Assembly (NCBI GenBank): GCA_964188305.1
Contig: OZ076885.1
Origin: Podarcis bocagei
Taxonomy: Eukaryota
Strand: one strand, 5' to 3'
DNA length: 64,000 nucleotides
In this document: positions 24,613 to 37,665 of the stretch, piece after piece
Position numbering within the stretch: position 1 is the stretch's first letter
How the letters are laid out: the number at the start of each line of letters is the position of its first letter
Program-made: the position numbers and the translations under genes
The notes under the pieces: model-generated
Database searches by the model: none
What the model was told of the DNA's origin: nothing
What the model saw: only the letters and a program-made list of their open reading frames with translations

Positions 24613-26627
24613 CTAGGCACAGAGGAAAGACCAAAGGCAAGCTTAGTTTTTATAAGCAAGAAGCATTTAAACACAAAACAAGCAGCACAGGGCCTTCCCG
24701 GGCTAAGAAATAAGGACCACAGCTCTTATACTAGCAGCAGTGTTTGACACTGCGCCAGTGGCACTACAGTCCATTGTCACATTGCGCAGAAGGAAGGGGG
24801 AAAATGAAGCAAATGTACAACTCAGACATTAAATGAATTGGGTTGGATCTGGAGAAGCTGGACTCCAGTCAAATAATGAGGCTCTCGCACTTCCCTTGGC
24901 AGCCGTGTCCACATACATCCCCCAACACACCAGAAGTTGCACCCAGTAATCACAAATGGGATGAGGTACAGGAGAACTGCAGCGGGAGAGGAAAATATCA
25001 GCAGAAAGCGAGGAAGGCCTTGCACTTGCACGAAGGACCCCCTGGACTCTATGGAAGGTTCTCTCTCACCAGAGCCATCTAGCTGAATCTCAACAGCAGA
25101 ACAAGCATTCTCCTCCGCTTTTGCCATGCTATTCCATTGTTTGTTATTGTTTTAATCCCAATATACACAAAGGTCTGTTGCAGGCACCCTTTCCCAGGCT
25201 CTCCCCCTGATCTATTTTGGGACAGAAGCTGCATACATGGAAGGTCTTTGCGATCAAAGAAGGGTTTGTCTCTTCCCACCCTTAAAATATTGATTTGGGG
25301 CATCATTTTAATGACCTCCTGTAATTTACATTTTACTTATTAAGAAACAAGAAACACTGAGAACAACCCCCCCCCACAACAAGTCTTTTAATTTAAGATC
25401 AATGTACACACAATATATGTGTATATGGAAATGTTTGCAATGCAACTGCAGAGTCACACATTGAAATGCAACACATCCAGCCCCAGACCAAGGGGGGGGG
25501 GGCAGGCCACACAAAGTGCAAATCTACTCATCTACAACAAATCTCGTTGTAGGTGGCAACAACACTGCAAAGCAGCATCCAGAGTGCCTTCTGGACATGC
25601 TGGTTAAAGGAACGAAACTCCTTTCCCTAATGGTTATATTTCGCAGCAACAGTAGCTCCCGGATACGGATCTGAACTTTTGAAACACCAATCAGGATAAT
25701 TTAATGTATAACCAAGTTATACAGAACACATTGTATGTTCCTAAAGTAACAAAGCGACTTGAAATCTGTAAAGGGTGTTAAAAAGTATTACAAATATTAC
25801 AATTTTCCCCAAAATTTTCACAAAAACAAGGTTCTTTTCGACATTTCCCAAAATTTTGCAACTCAAATTCTGCTCAACCCAATTCCTCCTGGGTGAAAGC
25901 AACTCAAGCTTACTAATTTTCCCTCTTTCTCCTTACAAATTGCAAAACTTCTCTTCTTTGAAAAACAATTTGCAACCCATACTTCTTTCAAATGCAAAAA
26001 ACCCCTTCTCTCCCCTAACCACCACAACCCTTTCTGCAGACACAGACCCTGCAGGGAATGGGTTTCTTTCTCCTAGTGGCTGAAGCTGATCTCTTACCAC
26101 CACCATCTTTGCTGATCACAAGATGCACCAAAAGCTTCTACTTGAGGAAAAAGCTATTGAGAGGCCATTGTTGGAACAAAGACAATGCACTGTTGTATTT
26201 CAGAAAATGCTCTTATGCATCATGCAGGGACATTGGGAGGTTAGCCCAGAGAGGCACACACTGTGCAAAGATAAGGAAAACTTCTGGAAGTTAATTTCTC
26301 CTATAATTTATAAGTCAAAGTTGAGCAGAAAGTTTTTCAGGTTATACTTAGTCCTTATTTCTCTAAATTTTGAGTTCTGAATTTACCTCCAAATGTCTAG
26401 AAAGGCAACTTTGCTAAATAGCTTGCTAACAAAAGAGAAACTCTGAAAACACATAATTCAAAGCTCTGCCCAAAGATCATCTTTGGTTTCTGAGACATCA
26501 ACAGAAGCTGCCTGCATAATTTCTGAGCTTCTCAACAACGACTCACAGCAGTTATGTAATGACAATGCTCGGAATAAATGGCAAAGTGTTTTGCAGGAAC
26601 GGAAGTGAAATATAAAACAAATCTTAC

Positions 26628-26719
26628 TCTGAAGTTACAGATTCTGGGATGGGTTCCTCAAGGAGTTCAAGGCTGTGCAAGATCCAGTAGCACAACCATG
26701 GGCGGCTGGCATCTAGACA
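26628..26719 (-). CDS. FNTB: FNTB exon 4
   Basis: 92 nt; CLDASRPWLCYWILHSLELLEEPIPESVTS(D); includes the specificity tryptophans (PWLCYW). Confidence 0.96.
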
Positions 26720-27262
26720 CTTGGAAGAGAAAACGACAGCTGTTAAAATCCATGACTGACACAGCTGCATTTGTTACACCCCAACAAAAGGAGGGCAAAG
26801 AAGGCGAATCAGAACTGGAAAGTAAGAGGTTTAGAAGGATAAAGGACACCAATTTATGAAGGGAATTTACATACCTCTTTAAGAATAGCTTCATTATTCG
26901 CACAATCCCAAGCTAACATGAGAACCTCTTTTCATTTATCACCAAATGGACAGAGCAAAAGACACGGGTAACAAATATTTAGCTTTCTACAACTGAAGTG
27001 GCTCCTGGAAAATGGATTTAGCAAGGTCAACGGGAACACAGCCAGTGTTTCTATGGCCTACAAAAGTGCCCCTCAGTGAGACAGGAAAAGGAAGTCCCTT
27101 GATACCTCAGATTCCAGAGAAAAGTTAAAGAAACCTCAGCTGTAGAAAAAGCAAGGAGGATAATGAGCCATAATCATGTTAACCCACCATCAAATATTTT
27201 TCCACTAACAGAATATAAGCAGGAAGGAAACAGTACAAACTCCCTCAGCCAGAAGGGATTAC

Positions 27263-27335
27263 CTCATAGGCATCTGTCAGTTGTCTCAGCCCTCTCTTCA
27301 GGTAGTGGAAGTGTTTCTCTCGCTGCAAAACAAAC
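27263..27335 (-). CDS. FNTB: FNTB exon 3
   Basis: 73 nt; FVLQREKHFHYLKRGLRQLTDAYE; AG/GT bounded. Confidence 0.96.
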
Positions 27336-28348
27336 CTGAAGGATAGACCAAAAGATATACAAATGATCAAAGAGTCATAAAGCCACATAAGTGCTCTACA
27401 GCCATGTGTGTGTTTGTTTAACCCTCCTTTAAAACCATCCAGGATAGTGGGCATCTCATCTGAAGTCCATATGGTAATAGTGCAGAGAGAGACAGGAGGG
27501 AAACAGTGCAGATGGGATTGACAGAGGAAGTATTCTTAAGTTATTCCTAGAAGAATGATACCTGTAGAGCAAAGGCCCCCAGGAGGAGCTGAGAAAGATG
27601 GGAGCAGGGAGAACATGCAAGACATTTAAGCAAAGATGAGAAGAGAGAGGAAGCCACTGTTCATAATTTTATAAACCTGTGATCATGTCCCTCCTGAGAC
27701 ATCTTTTTTCAAAATTAAAGGCAAAACTAGAAGTGACATCATTCACACAACAGCAATTGTGTGTTTTTTATTTGTTTTTTATTAGGTAAACAGCAGGAGC
27801 AAGGAGCCAATTTGGACCGGGCCCCTGGCAAGGGGATCAGACCCCTGCATCTGCTGTGGGTAGGGTTGCCATGTCTGGAAAACTTTTTTGTCATATACCA
27901 AAAAAAGCTCAACTTTGGGCAAAACTAAAAAAAAGCTCAACAACTCTTCTGTCTGGATTTTGAAATATGTGTGTATTGGAAGAAAAGCTCCCATTTGTGC
28001 CAGTCGAGGCTTTCCTTCCAATGCTAACCAGCAGGCATGGGGGCCAGCTCAGCACTATCCATTTTGTGATGGAAAGACCAGAACCATCTAAAGTATTGTA
28101 AACATGAGTATACCACAACTCTATATAAAGGCATTGCTTGAATCCTAAGAGAAAGGAAGGCAGTTCACAAGAAAGTCACCCAGTACTTCCTCACTATTGC
28201 AGCTACCTGCACACACACCCCGTTCCCCAAAAGCCTCTCCAGAAAGTTGAGGGCCCTCCTGAACAATGTGGGATGGGGTATATAAATCAGCAGTCAAACA
28301 AGAATACGGAGCAAGTGGAGGAAAGATTTCATGGATACAATAACTTAC

Positions 28349-28413
28349 TGCGCGTCATGATGATTTGTCTTATAAGCATCAAAGACCTCTTGGACTATAT
28401 CTTCTACTTTTGT
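28349..28413 (-). CDS. FNTB: FNTB exon 2
   Basis: gcag|...|gtaagt; 65 nt; TKVEDIVQEVFDAYKTNHHDA(Q). Confidence 0.93.
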
Positions 28414-29388
28414 CTGCAACAAGTTAAAGGGACAAAGAAGAGGCACAATAACTTTGGGTGGGGAGGATACAGAGAACACTATATGCTAGCATTTACTATT
28501 ACTATTAAAATAATTTCTACACCACTTTTTTCAAAGGTCTCAAAGCAATTTACTATGTAAATTAACATGCGAGACAAAACATTATAAAATATCAAAATAA
28601 AACATTAGAGATGGACACATTTAATGCAGCATATGTAACAGGAAAGCAAAATATTTTCTTAAACATAAAAACATGACAGGTAAAAAATCAGAATGCAAGA
28701 ACCCCTCTGCACTCAGAAGACAGCACTATTAAGAAAGAACCATCACAGCACAAATGGAGCAATATGGCATGGCATGCCAAGAAGAAAAGTGTCTACGGCA
28801 GCTGTGAGAAATTGTTAAAAGGGTGTCAGAGTTCAAGAGGGCTGCTGCTGTTCCAGATTTTAAAAAAACAACACAGAGGCTCGTAAAAGAAGTGGATGGT
28901 AACAAATAACAAGCTATAGCTCCTTTAGTATATCACATTACAGAACTGCTGCCCATGAGGAAAGGCCACAGATGAAAGGCAGAATGTCCCACGTTCAATC
29001 CCTGGCATCTTCTAGTCCAAAATTAAGATAGGCAGCACTGAGATAGATGGGTCAGTGGTTTGACCTGGTCTAAGGTAACTTCCTATGTGCCTGTGGTTCA
29101 GTGATGCAGCACCCAATCAAAAAGGCTCTTCTGCTCCCAGGACATCCCACCCATGTAGCACTGTACAGTATGCACAACCCAGGCTGATCCTTGGGGGGGG
29201 GGGGAGTTGACCACAAGCACTTTCCAAGAATCACTGAGGGTTTTAGCACCCGTAAGAGCACATAGCTAGAATCAAGACACATAATGAAGCCCTCCACCCA
29301 TCTCCTCAGTGAAACGTACCATCAAACAGAATGCATGGGAGCAAAATCAATAGTTGGTATGATAGGAAACATTAGATTAGATCACATA

Positions 29389-29642
29389 CAGTGGTGCCCC
29401 GCAAGACGAATGCCTCGCAAGACGAAAAACTCGCTAGACGAAAGGGTTTTCCGTTTTTGCGTTGCTTCGCTAGACGAATTTCCCTATGGGCTTGCTTCGC
29501 AAGATGAAAACGTCTTGCGCTTTTTTTTTAAAAGCCGCTTGAAGAGGCGCAGTTGCAACGGACCGTGCTTCGCAAGACGAAAAACATCGCAAGACGAAAA
29601 GACTCGCGGAACGAATTCTTTTCGTCTTGCGAGGCACCACTG
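29389..29642. mobile_element. Tc1/mariner(Tigger-like) MITE
   Basis: TIR CAGTGGTGCC(C/T)CGCAAGACGAA; TA TSD. Confidence 0.9.
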
Positions 29643-30399
29643 TATATATTTAGGCAGCAGAGGACACAACACTTGCAAAATCTTGTTGTGAGGCACTCCA
29701 TTTGGATAGAATGGAGTCATTTTTAGTACATTCTTCCATTTATATATGTATGGAGAAAGAGAGAGTAACTGGCAACAGTGAGTGGAGGGCGTTTCGCCAT
29801 GGAATGAGAAACTTGCAGGCTAATAACTTACTGCTGCCATGCTAATATATATTAAGCTAAGCTCTGGCTTAGTTTTCCAGCCGCCTTTGCCATAACTGTC
29901 TGCCAACACAGTGACATCATGAATTGATATATTATTTGTGAGACACCACCACTTCAGTAAGGAGCATCTTAAAGGTGATGAGACTTTCTGCTGACAAGGC
30001 AAGGACTTGTTCCACCTGCCTTGTCCCACCCTCCAACCCTCAGAGCCCTAAAAGCCTTCAGAACCCAGTTGCTGCCACGGGCATGATGTGTATGCGTCTT
30101 CTGATGAACTGAGTGGAAGTCTGAGTCATGGGGATAGAGAAAGAGTGTGTGTGAATTCAACAGTGCTTAGTTTTGTTTTTGGTTGTTAGTTTGTTAATGT
30201 TCACATTGAGTTGTGGATTGTGAGTGCTGCAATGCTTTGTGAATCTTATAATATAACTTTTCTTGTGGTTGTGCTGTTTAGCCTATTTTTTAAGTCGCTT
30301 TGTTAATAGTGTTTCATACAAGGTGGTTGTTTTACTGATGATTTGTTAAATTATTTTGTATGATTTATGTTGTAATTGGGATGTTTTACTATGCTATTA

Positions 30400-30641
30400 C
30401 AGTGGTACCTCAGTTTTTGAATGTAATCTGTTCCAGAAGACTGTTCGAGTTCTGAAACGTTCAAAAACCGAGGATGCAACAGCTGACAACTAGGCCTCAG
30501 GATCTTGCACTCAGCAGAAGCCGCATGGCATGTTCGAATTCTGAGGCGTGTTCGGAAACCGAAGCAATTACTTCAAGGTTTATGGCGTTTGTAAACCGAA
30601 ATGTTCGTCAACGGAGACGTTCAAAAACCGAGGTACCACTG
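30400..30641. mobile_element. Tc1/mariner(Tigger-like) MITE
   Basis: TIR CAGTGGTACCTC(A/G)GTTTTTGAA; TA TSD. Confidence 0.88.
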
Positions 30642-33336
30642 TATTTGTAAGCCGCTTTGTGATTTGTATGAGTGAAAAGAGGCATAGAAATATAATAAAT
30701 GAATTGCTTAATGAAAGACGGACAATGGGGAAGAAGTGCAAGAAGGAGAGAAGAATGGCAGCAGGGTATTTAAACACAACCACAGGGTTCCAGATTTCTC
30801 CCTCTTCTCTTAAGAGGCTGCTGCTCCTCCAGCTCCCAACAAAAGAAAGGGAACTGCTATGAAGCATGCATGGGGGAGTGGAAGTCACTGGAAACCAGGC
30901 TCACTGAGAGAGGCGGAGGGGAAATAGCAAGGGGAGACAGAGAAGAAGCAGCTCAACACATCATAAGGTTGGGTGTTATAGATGAGGAAAGGTTCTAGGA
31001 ACTAGGAGTTGCAGAATCAGTGCAAGGTGTGTGCATGAACGCGCTTAGTTTTAATAATTTGCCTATAGCATCAAAGCAGCCAGGCTAAGCTGAAGCCAGC
31101 ACTAAATGCTCAGCAACAGAACAGGGAAATCTGTGAGGTCTCTGACCAGCTCATGCTGTATTCCTACTCAATGCCTACATGAACAAAGAAATCCACATTG
31201 GCATTCACATCCTTATTCCACAGCTCACCTTAATTGGGGCCACAAAGCCTCAATTGACACTTTCCTGCTCTTTTGCCCTGGTATCTAATGTTTTCTCACT
31301 GTCTCAGATTTGAAAAGTGCTGCCTTCTCCATTAAAGGTCAGATTCTAGGGAGAGATAATGAGCAGCAATCACCCCTCAGGGATGTCTCAGGCCTCCAGC
31401 AAGGAAGAAAGTCCAACTAGTAATCATGTTTACTGGATGACTGTAATTTCAGCTGCTTTGGTCTGAACAGTGGAAAGCGGCAAGTGCAACTAAAATCAGA
31501 AGCAGGCCACAAAATCCAAGATTACATCCACACAATACGTTTAAAGCAAATGACATCTCCGCAAAGAATCCTGAGAACTCTGATTTACCTCTCATGGAGC
31601 TACAATTCACAGCACTTTTAACTACAGTTCACAGGATTATTTGGAGGAACTCATGTGCCTTAAATGTATGGTCTGAATGCAGCCTAGTATAGCACATCAA
31701 ATGCATTCAGTTTCTAATACGAACTATTTTGCCAGCCACATATGCTTTGACTTTAGCAAATTTCTTTCCAGAACCTTAGGAAAGGCAGTTGACTTCCCCT
31801 CAATTTCAGAGCTTCTCTCAAGGATTGAGTACTATTTGGAAGGGAAGGGGTCAAATGAACTAAGCAACTGAGTAACTTTACATAAGTTCCTTTTGCTCAG
31901 CTTTGCAGCTATAGAAACCATGACCATCAAGAAAAAGATGGTCAAACACTATCGGTTAAGCAAGATTTATAAATAATCATAATTTGTTCATTGTCCCGCC
32001 AGTTGAACTTCAAAGAATGAAGTATTTCCATGACTAACAGGACTTAATTAAAACCAGCAGAAGGATAATTTAAGTCCTATAAACTCTAGGATAGTCATTT
32101 CCATGATTTAACTGGAAATGATTTACTGCTTAATTCTTTTACACAACCAAGCAAAGCAAAGGAAAATCATAACTATTAGTGCTCTACTCAGCTGTGTCTA
32201 TTCAACACTACTTATCCATTTATGCTCTGATTTTACACAAGTAAGTTTGTTAAATCTCTGTCTTCTATAGCCTGTCTTCCTGAGCCAAAGAGCTCAATTC
32301 TTATGAAGGGGCATACCTGGCCACTCCCCTCCCAACTTTTGCACAATTAAAAAACCAGTGGTATTATGTCAGAAATATGAATGGCAGGCTTTAGCCTAAT
32401 GAAGTTAACAGAACAAGTGGTTTGAGACTTGCAGCTTTGGAATACTTTTAATTGTCCTGTCTACCAGTGGACTTGGTGAATATTGTGAGCTGAATACTAC
32501 ATAAAATATATGCAACAAGGTGGTGTACAACATGAGAACATAAAAATCTACTGGATTACTACCATTTTGCCATCTATATTTCTAAGGGAAAGTATATGCA
32601 GGTCTTACCACACAATCACCATAGGAAGCAGGTCTAGCAATACCTATCACACTTTCCACTTAGAAATATGGGTCACCTTACACAAAGTCAGATGACTGTC
32701 CAACCAGAATTGAAGAACAGTCAGCCCAAGGGCAGGTAGAGGTCTTTCCTCTCACTGATTAATTCCAGAAACTGAGAAGAACTTGTATATGTCATGGATA
32801 TGCCCTACTAACTAAAGCGCAACCCCCTTTATCCCCTCCTGGTCAATAATTAAGATGTCTTCCACAGAGAACAAAAGGGATATAATCACTGAAATACAGA
32901 GACCTTTCAGCAGGTAACTTGAATGCTTAAAATATATCAGTAAATTGCTCCACACGTTTTACTAACACAACAAAATTGTGATGTGATTGAAAGGACGCCT
33001 TTGATTGATTCCACAGGGGTAGCCATGTTTGTGTTGGTGAATCAGTTATGTCTGTTGCTTGCCCTTTCTTAAACACAGTTCCTCAATACAATACCACAGC
33101 AGCAACATACATACAACAAAACTGCTGAGTGTTCCACTATATATTGAGAAAGATGTAGCCTTACATTTAGTTCAGTGTTTAAAAAACACACACACCATAT
33201 TATATGATGGAGGACCTGGGGCTAGCATGCTTTGAACTATGGAGCCTTGTAACTTGCTGATCACCAAAAAGTCCTTTTCTCAGAGTCCTGATAGTGTATT
33301 GCAGCCCTTCTGCCCCCAACCTCTGAATTCCAAGCC

Positions 33337-33804
33337 CAGGGACGCGGACTTATAAAAAATATTGGGGGGGCCCGGGAAAGCTCATGAATAATAAATAAGC
33401 TCATGAATATGCAAATAAAGTGGCTCCGGCCCTAAATAGGGCAAGCCACGCCCCCCAGCCAGCCGATTGGCTGGCTGGGAGGTGTGGCCAGTCGGGATTC
33501 CCCTGTTCTCGCGGGGGCTGAAACCGCCAGGAGGAAGGAAATTCCCCCCCGGCAGTGCCTTGGCAGTGGCGGTGGTGCTGCGAAGCAGCGAGGCAGGAGC
33601 CCCCGCCCCCGGGGATTCCCTAATCTCGCGGGGGACGGCCGGGGCTCTCCCACTAGGGCGCGCGGCTGGCTGGCTGGCTGGCGGGGGGCGGCGGCGGCGC
33701 TCTGCTGGAAGGGCGCCCGAGATTATTGGGGGGGCTGAGCCCCCCCAAAAAATTTTTTTGAGGGGGCTCGAGCCCCCTCAGGCCCCATGGAGTCAGCGCC
33801 TATG
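33337..33804 (+). mobile_element. hAT-type MITE (copy A) in FNTB intron 1
   Basis: Perfect 8-bp TSD TCCAAGCC; imperfect TIRs CAGGGACGCGGACT / CATAGGCGCTGACT; CpG-rich, so young. Confidence 0.9.
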
Positions 33805-34346
33805 TCCAAGCCTATGTCCTTGCTCCTCTGTGAGTTCAAGCCTTTTATCTCTTCACCTCTTGTTGTTCATGAGCACTCAAAACATGTACATCAGGATGAT
33901 GCCTTCCCATTATCTGCTGTTTTAGAAGCATCCTCCTCCACAGTATGACATTGGCTTTTCAAAGGTCACGTAGTTCCAAGGCTACCTTCCCCCTGAACAT
34001 TGCAAACAATGCTCCGTAATCAAACCTGAAGCCAGGCGGGTCAGGAACTGCTTACCATGCAAATTTCAAACAGGTTTTATAAAGGCATAAAGTTACTAAG
34101 CATCACAGTAATTAGGCACTGGCAGGAATAAATGCTTAATCACTAAGGCTTATAATATTGATGTTGTATAAAATACCCACTTCTCTTTTCCTCAAAAATA
34201 CTTATGCCTGAATTGTTAAAGGAATAGATAGAAAAGCTTGGGAAGAACTAACATTCTAGCCCTTTTATCTCCAAAGATGTTAAAGCTTTGCCTGATTCCA
34301 AATGTATCAGTCCTCACAACTTTTTTGTTTAAGGTTATGGAAGCAA

Positions 34347-34459
34347 TGTCCTCCTACACAGCTTGGTGTTCCAGTACTTAAATTTAGAAATTCAGTGTTC
34401 TTCACTACCAATGAATTTCTAAATTTAAGTACTGGAACACCAAACTGTGTAGGAGGACA
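34347..34459. repeat. Near-perfect inverted repeat (48-bp arms, 17-nt loop)
   Basis: Arms 34347-34394 and 34412-34459 are reverse complements at 47/48 positions. Confidence 0.95.
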
Positions 34460-35319
34460 CATCATTGTCACTGTGCACCTCTCAATTCAGTCTCTGACCT
34501 TACGTAGGAAAGAACCACAAAGGGATTCTAGTTGTGATTACTTGATCTGTCTGCACGATTGGGGAACCTGATAAAAGTGTCCATGACAGAACTGGGTAAG
34601 AAGGGTGGTGAGAGACAGCAGCTAGTGGAAAGGGAACTGGTGTGGGATGCAACCCCTTATCATTTGAACCCAGCACTCTTTATAACCATTGTTACCTTGC
34701 TTGTGCTTTTTAAAAAAATAGGCACAGTAATATATTTTTCTAAGACCACTTCTGTTAGCATACAAATAGGCAGACTTGAAAGTTGCAGGGATACAGTAAG
34801 ATCTGGATATGAATAGGATGTGTGCCTATAACCAGAAATAGGTGTGAGCTGGAAGTGGGGAAGTTTGGCTGATGGAGATGGGGAAGCACCACTATTAAAA
34901 CCACTCTGAATCTCCATTTGTCCCAATCTACAGATTCCCCAAAGGTAGGGCGAGTTTTGAAGTGGCGTCGAAATTCACAAACTGCGAGGAACACCAGCAG
35001 CACACCCACGTTTTTCTCCTGTTTCCCCACAAACAGTTACTCTCTAACAAGGTTTCAAAGAACGAAAGAGGAGGTGCAAAGCGGTTCTCCAACGTGTGCA
35101 GACAAGGAACTCCATCGTGTGTGATGGGAAGCAGACAAATGGCAAAAAACAGAAGCGACTTAAGCGTATTAATGAATTAGCTTCCATGGGCAATGGACTA
35201 CCTGAAATGGACTTAAGGCGGCACATGGAGAAGTAGAGGCTAAACCGAATCCAACAAGATAATATACCTCAAAAAGCCCCACCCCGCAACCCTAGAGATT
35301 CTCACTGTGCTGAACACAA

Positions 35320-35900
35320 TGGATCTACAGGGCGGCCACCGGGGCACCGTTCTCTCTCCGCCCGTGCAGAGAAACAGACCGGACCCCTGAAGCCGCACGT
35401 CCGCGAAGTGCACCCTGGGAGTTGTAGTCCCTCTCCCTGGAAAGAGGGGGCGGCTCCCAGCCCCACCTGCTCGGCTGAAGTGAGGGTCCGAACTCCGTCG
35501 TCCTCCAGCCTCTCCCGGCCCGCTTCCGTGCCGCCCCGCCGGTAGCGTCTCCTGTCGGCGACGGGCTGGGTAGAAGCGGCGGCCGCCATGATCCCACAGA
35601 GCCGCTCAGCCCGCGCGACTGAGGCTGGCAGCCCGAGAGGCAGTGTGCTCAAGACCGGCTACGGCGGCTCGTTGAAGGCAAGAAAGGTCCGAGCGCGCTG
35701 CTCTATTACTATATACTGTAGCAGCTTCGCCCAAACGCGCTGGGAAGCGCCGGCGGCAGCGTCGGTAACTCACTGCCGCCCCCACGTGGCGCCTATTTTA
35801 ACCCGCCAGTTTCGGCTCTCATAATGTGCCTCAGATGCGGCAAGCGACTGCTAGACGCTGTGATCTCAGGCGGGAATCCTCTCTCTCTGACGCAATGCGC
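35320..35900 (-). promoter_or_regulatory. FNTB CpG-island promoter
   Basis: High CpG density around exon 1; CCACGTGG E-box 35782-35789; ZNF143/SBS-like ACTACAACTCCCAGGGTGC on - at 35408-35430; TGACGCAA at 35888. Confidence 0.85.
35467..35589 (-). CDS. FNTB: FNTB (protein farnesyltransferase beta subunit) exon 1
   Basis: ATG in strong Kozak context (atcATGG) inside CpG island; MAAAASTQPVADRRRYRRGGTEAGRERLEDDGVRTLTSAEQ|gtgggg. Confidence 0.9.
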
Positions 35901-36468
35901 CCTGCTTAAGGGCTGGAGGAAGCACAAGAGGGATCCCTCAAACCAGTTTAACTACAGGCACTAGAGCTGTCCATGCGGCATGAAAAGGAAGTTCCCCTCC
36001 CTCTTCACAGACCAGTTTATTTAAAGGGGAAGTGGGTTCCCAAGTTACTTGCCCTGCTTTTTAGCCCGCTTTTGCTTGCGTTAGCGAGTGAGTGAGCTGA
36101 GCAGACAACAGCTCCTGGAAATCTCTAGGCAGGCTGCTTGTTGTAAGGCAATTCTCCCTTTCCAGCGTCGACAGGTGGTGTGTGGGAAGAGTTGCTCTCC
36201 AGTGGCTCCAGATGGAAAACTGAACTCCTACTTACCATGACTGTGCTTTGTTCCCAGTCTCCTTGCCGGTTTAAGAGTGCTGCATTGCTCGCGACTTCAA
36301 TAGGCCTAGGGAACGTGGTCTCCTAGTTTTTTGCACTCCTGTTATCCACGACCGCTGGGCACGCTGGCTGGGGCTGATGGGAATAGGAGCCTAACAATAT
36401 CTGGTCACAGGTTACCCCATCCTTGCTGTAGTGGCTTCAAAAGTATACTTTATTATGTTTCCCTTCTC

Positions 36469-36471
<3 letters not shown>

Positions 36472-36532
<61 letters not shown>

Positions 36533-36579
36533 ACATGCGGAGGTTTTATTCAGATCTGAGCAATGCAGAGATCAGCAGG

Positions 36580-36626
<47 letters not shown>
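36472..36626. repeat. (CT)n(CA)n and (AAT)n microsatellites
   Basis: Direct reading. Confidence 0.95.
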
Positions 36627-36627
<1 letters not shown>

Positions 36628-37665
36628 TTGTTTATACCCCACCCATCTGGCAGGGTTTCCCCAGCCACTCTGGACAGCTCAGTATTAGTTGTGGATCCAG
36701 CTAGAGTGCTAAATACCAGTAATCCTTTTTCAGGGGTGAAACTAGGCTCATTTTCACCCAGATCAAAGACCCAGTTTGGCATACACACATCCGATGTGCA
36801 TTTGTGTACACACATCACAAGCTGGGAGCCTCAATGGTGCCCCTCTGGAGGTTTCACCTGGGACAAAAAACCTGGCTAACCCCCCCCCCATAGCTATGGC
36901 TCTGCCCGTTTTATGCCTATCTTGCATTTCCAGTATTTAAAACTAGCTATGGTCATTCAGATGTAAGGAGGAGGGGAGATTTTGCTCAACAAAAGGGAAT
37001 TATTGTGCGCTTGGAGAGAAATTGATTGATAACAACTGAGGCAGACAAAGGAGTAGGGTTCCAACCTGAGTTCATTGGAGTGGAGCCTAGGGCCCTGAGT
37101 GGTTCTCTTTCTTCAGGCTAGTTCTTGGTTTCTTTTTGTGTGTGCCCCCCACCCCACCCCAAATACGCATTGTGTGTGGGCTGACATTCATCTCTCTCGT
37201 TTAAGAAAGTCTGCCTCCAATTTTTCCTCTCCTAGAATCATAGAGTTGGAATAGACCACAAGGGCCATGAGTCCAACCCCCTGCCAACTGAAACTGAAAC
37301 CCCTGAAACAAAAGGGACTGAAGTCTTTGTATTTCTCAACATGAGCAGGCCAGCTTGTGTGATAGCATTAGTTTTAAAATAGCTGCATTTTCCTTTTTCT
37401 ATGAACAGGCAATCTTTACAACCACAGTGCCTCATCTGCCCTAATGAACCAGTCTTCATGGGATGCCCATAAAGGTCTTCATGTGAGACACCAAATCAAG
37501 CTCTCAGTTCAGAAAACCTGGGAGGAGAACCTACGCAGAAACAAAGAGGTGGAGAAATTAAAAAATTGCTTCAAAATAAGTTTAACCCAGCTTCTCCAAG
37601 ATTCAGAAGGAAACTGCAACTTAGGGTAACGCTTACATGTATCTCATGAAGTGTTCTCTAGTGAA

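Noticed and set aside
35590-35652. N-terminal extension of FNTB suggested by the ORF track
   Set aside because: Starts at TTG; the ATG at 35589 has a strong Kozak context and fits the homologous start
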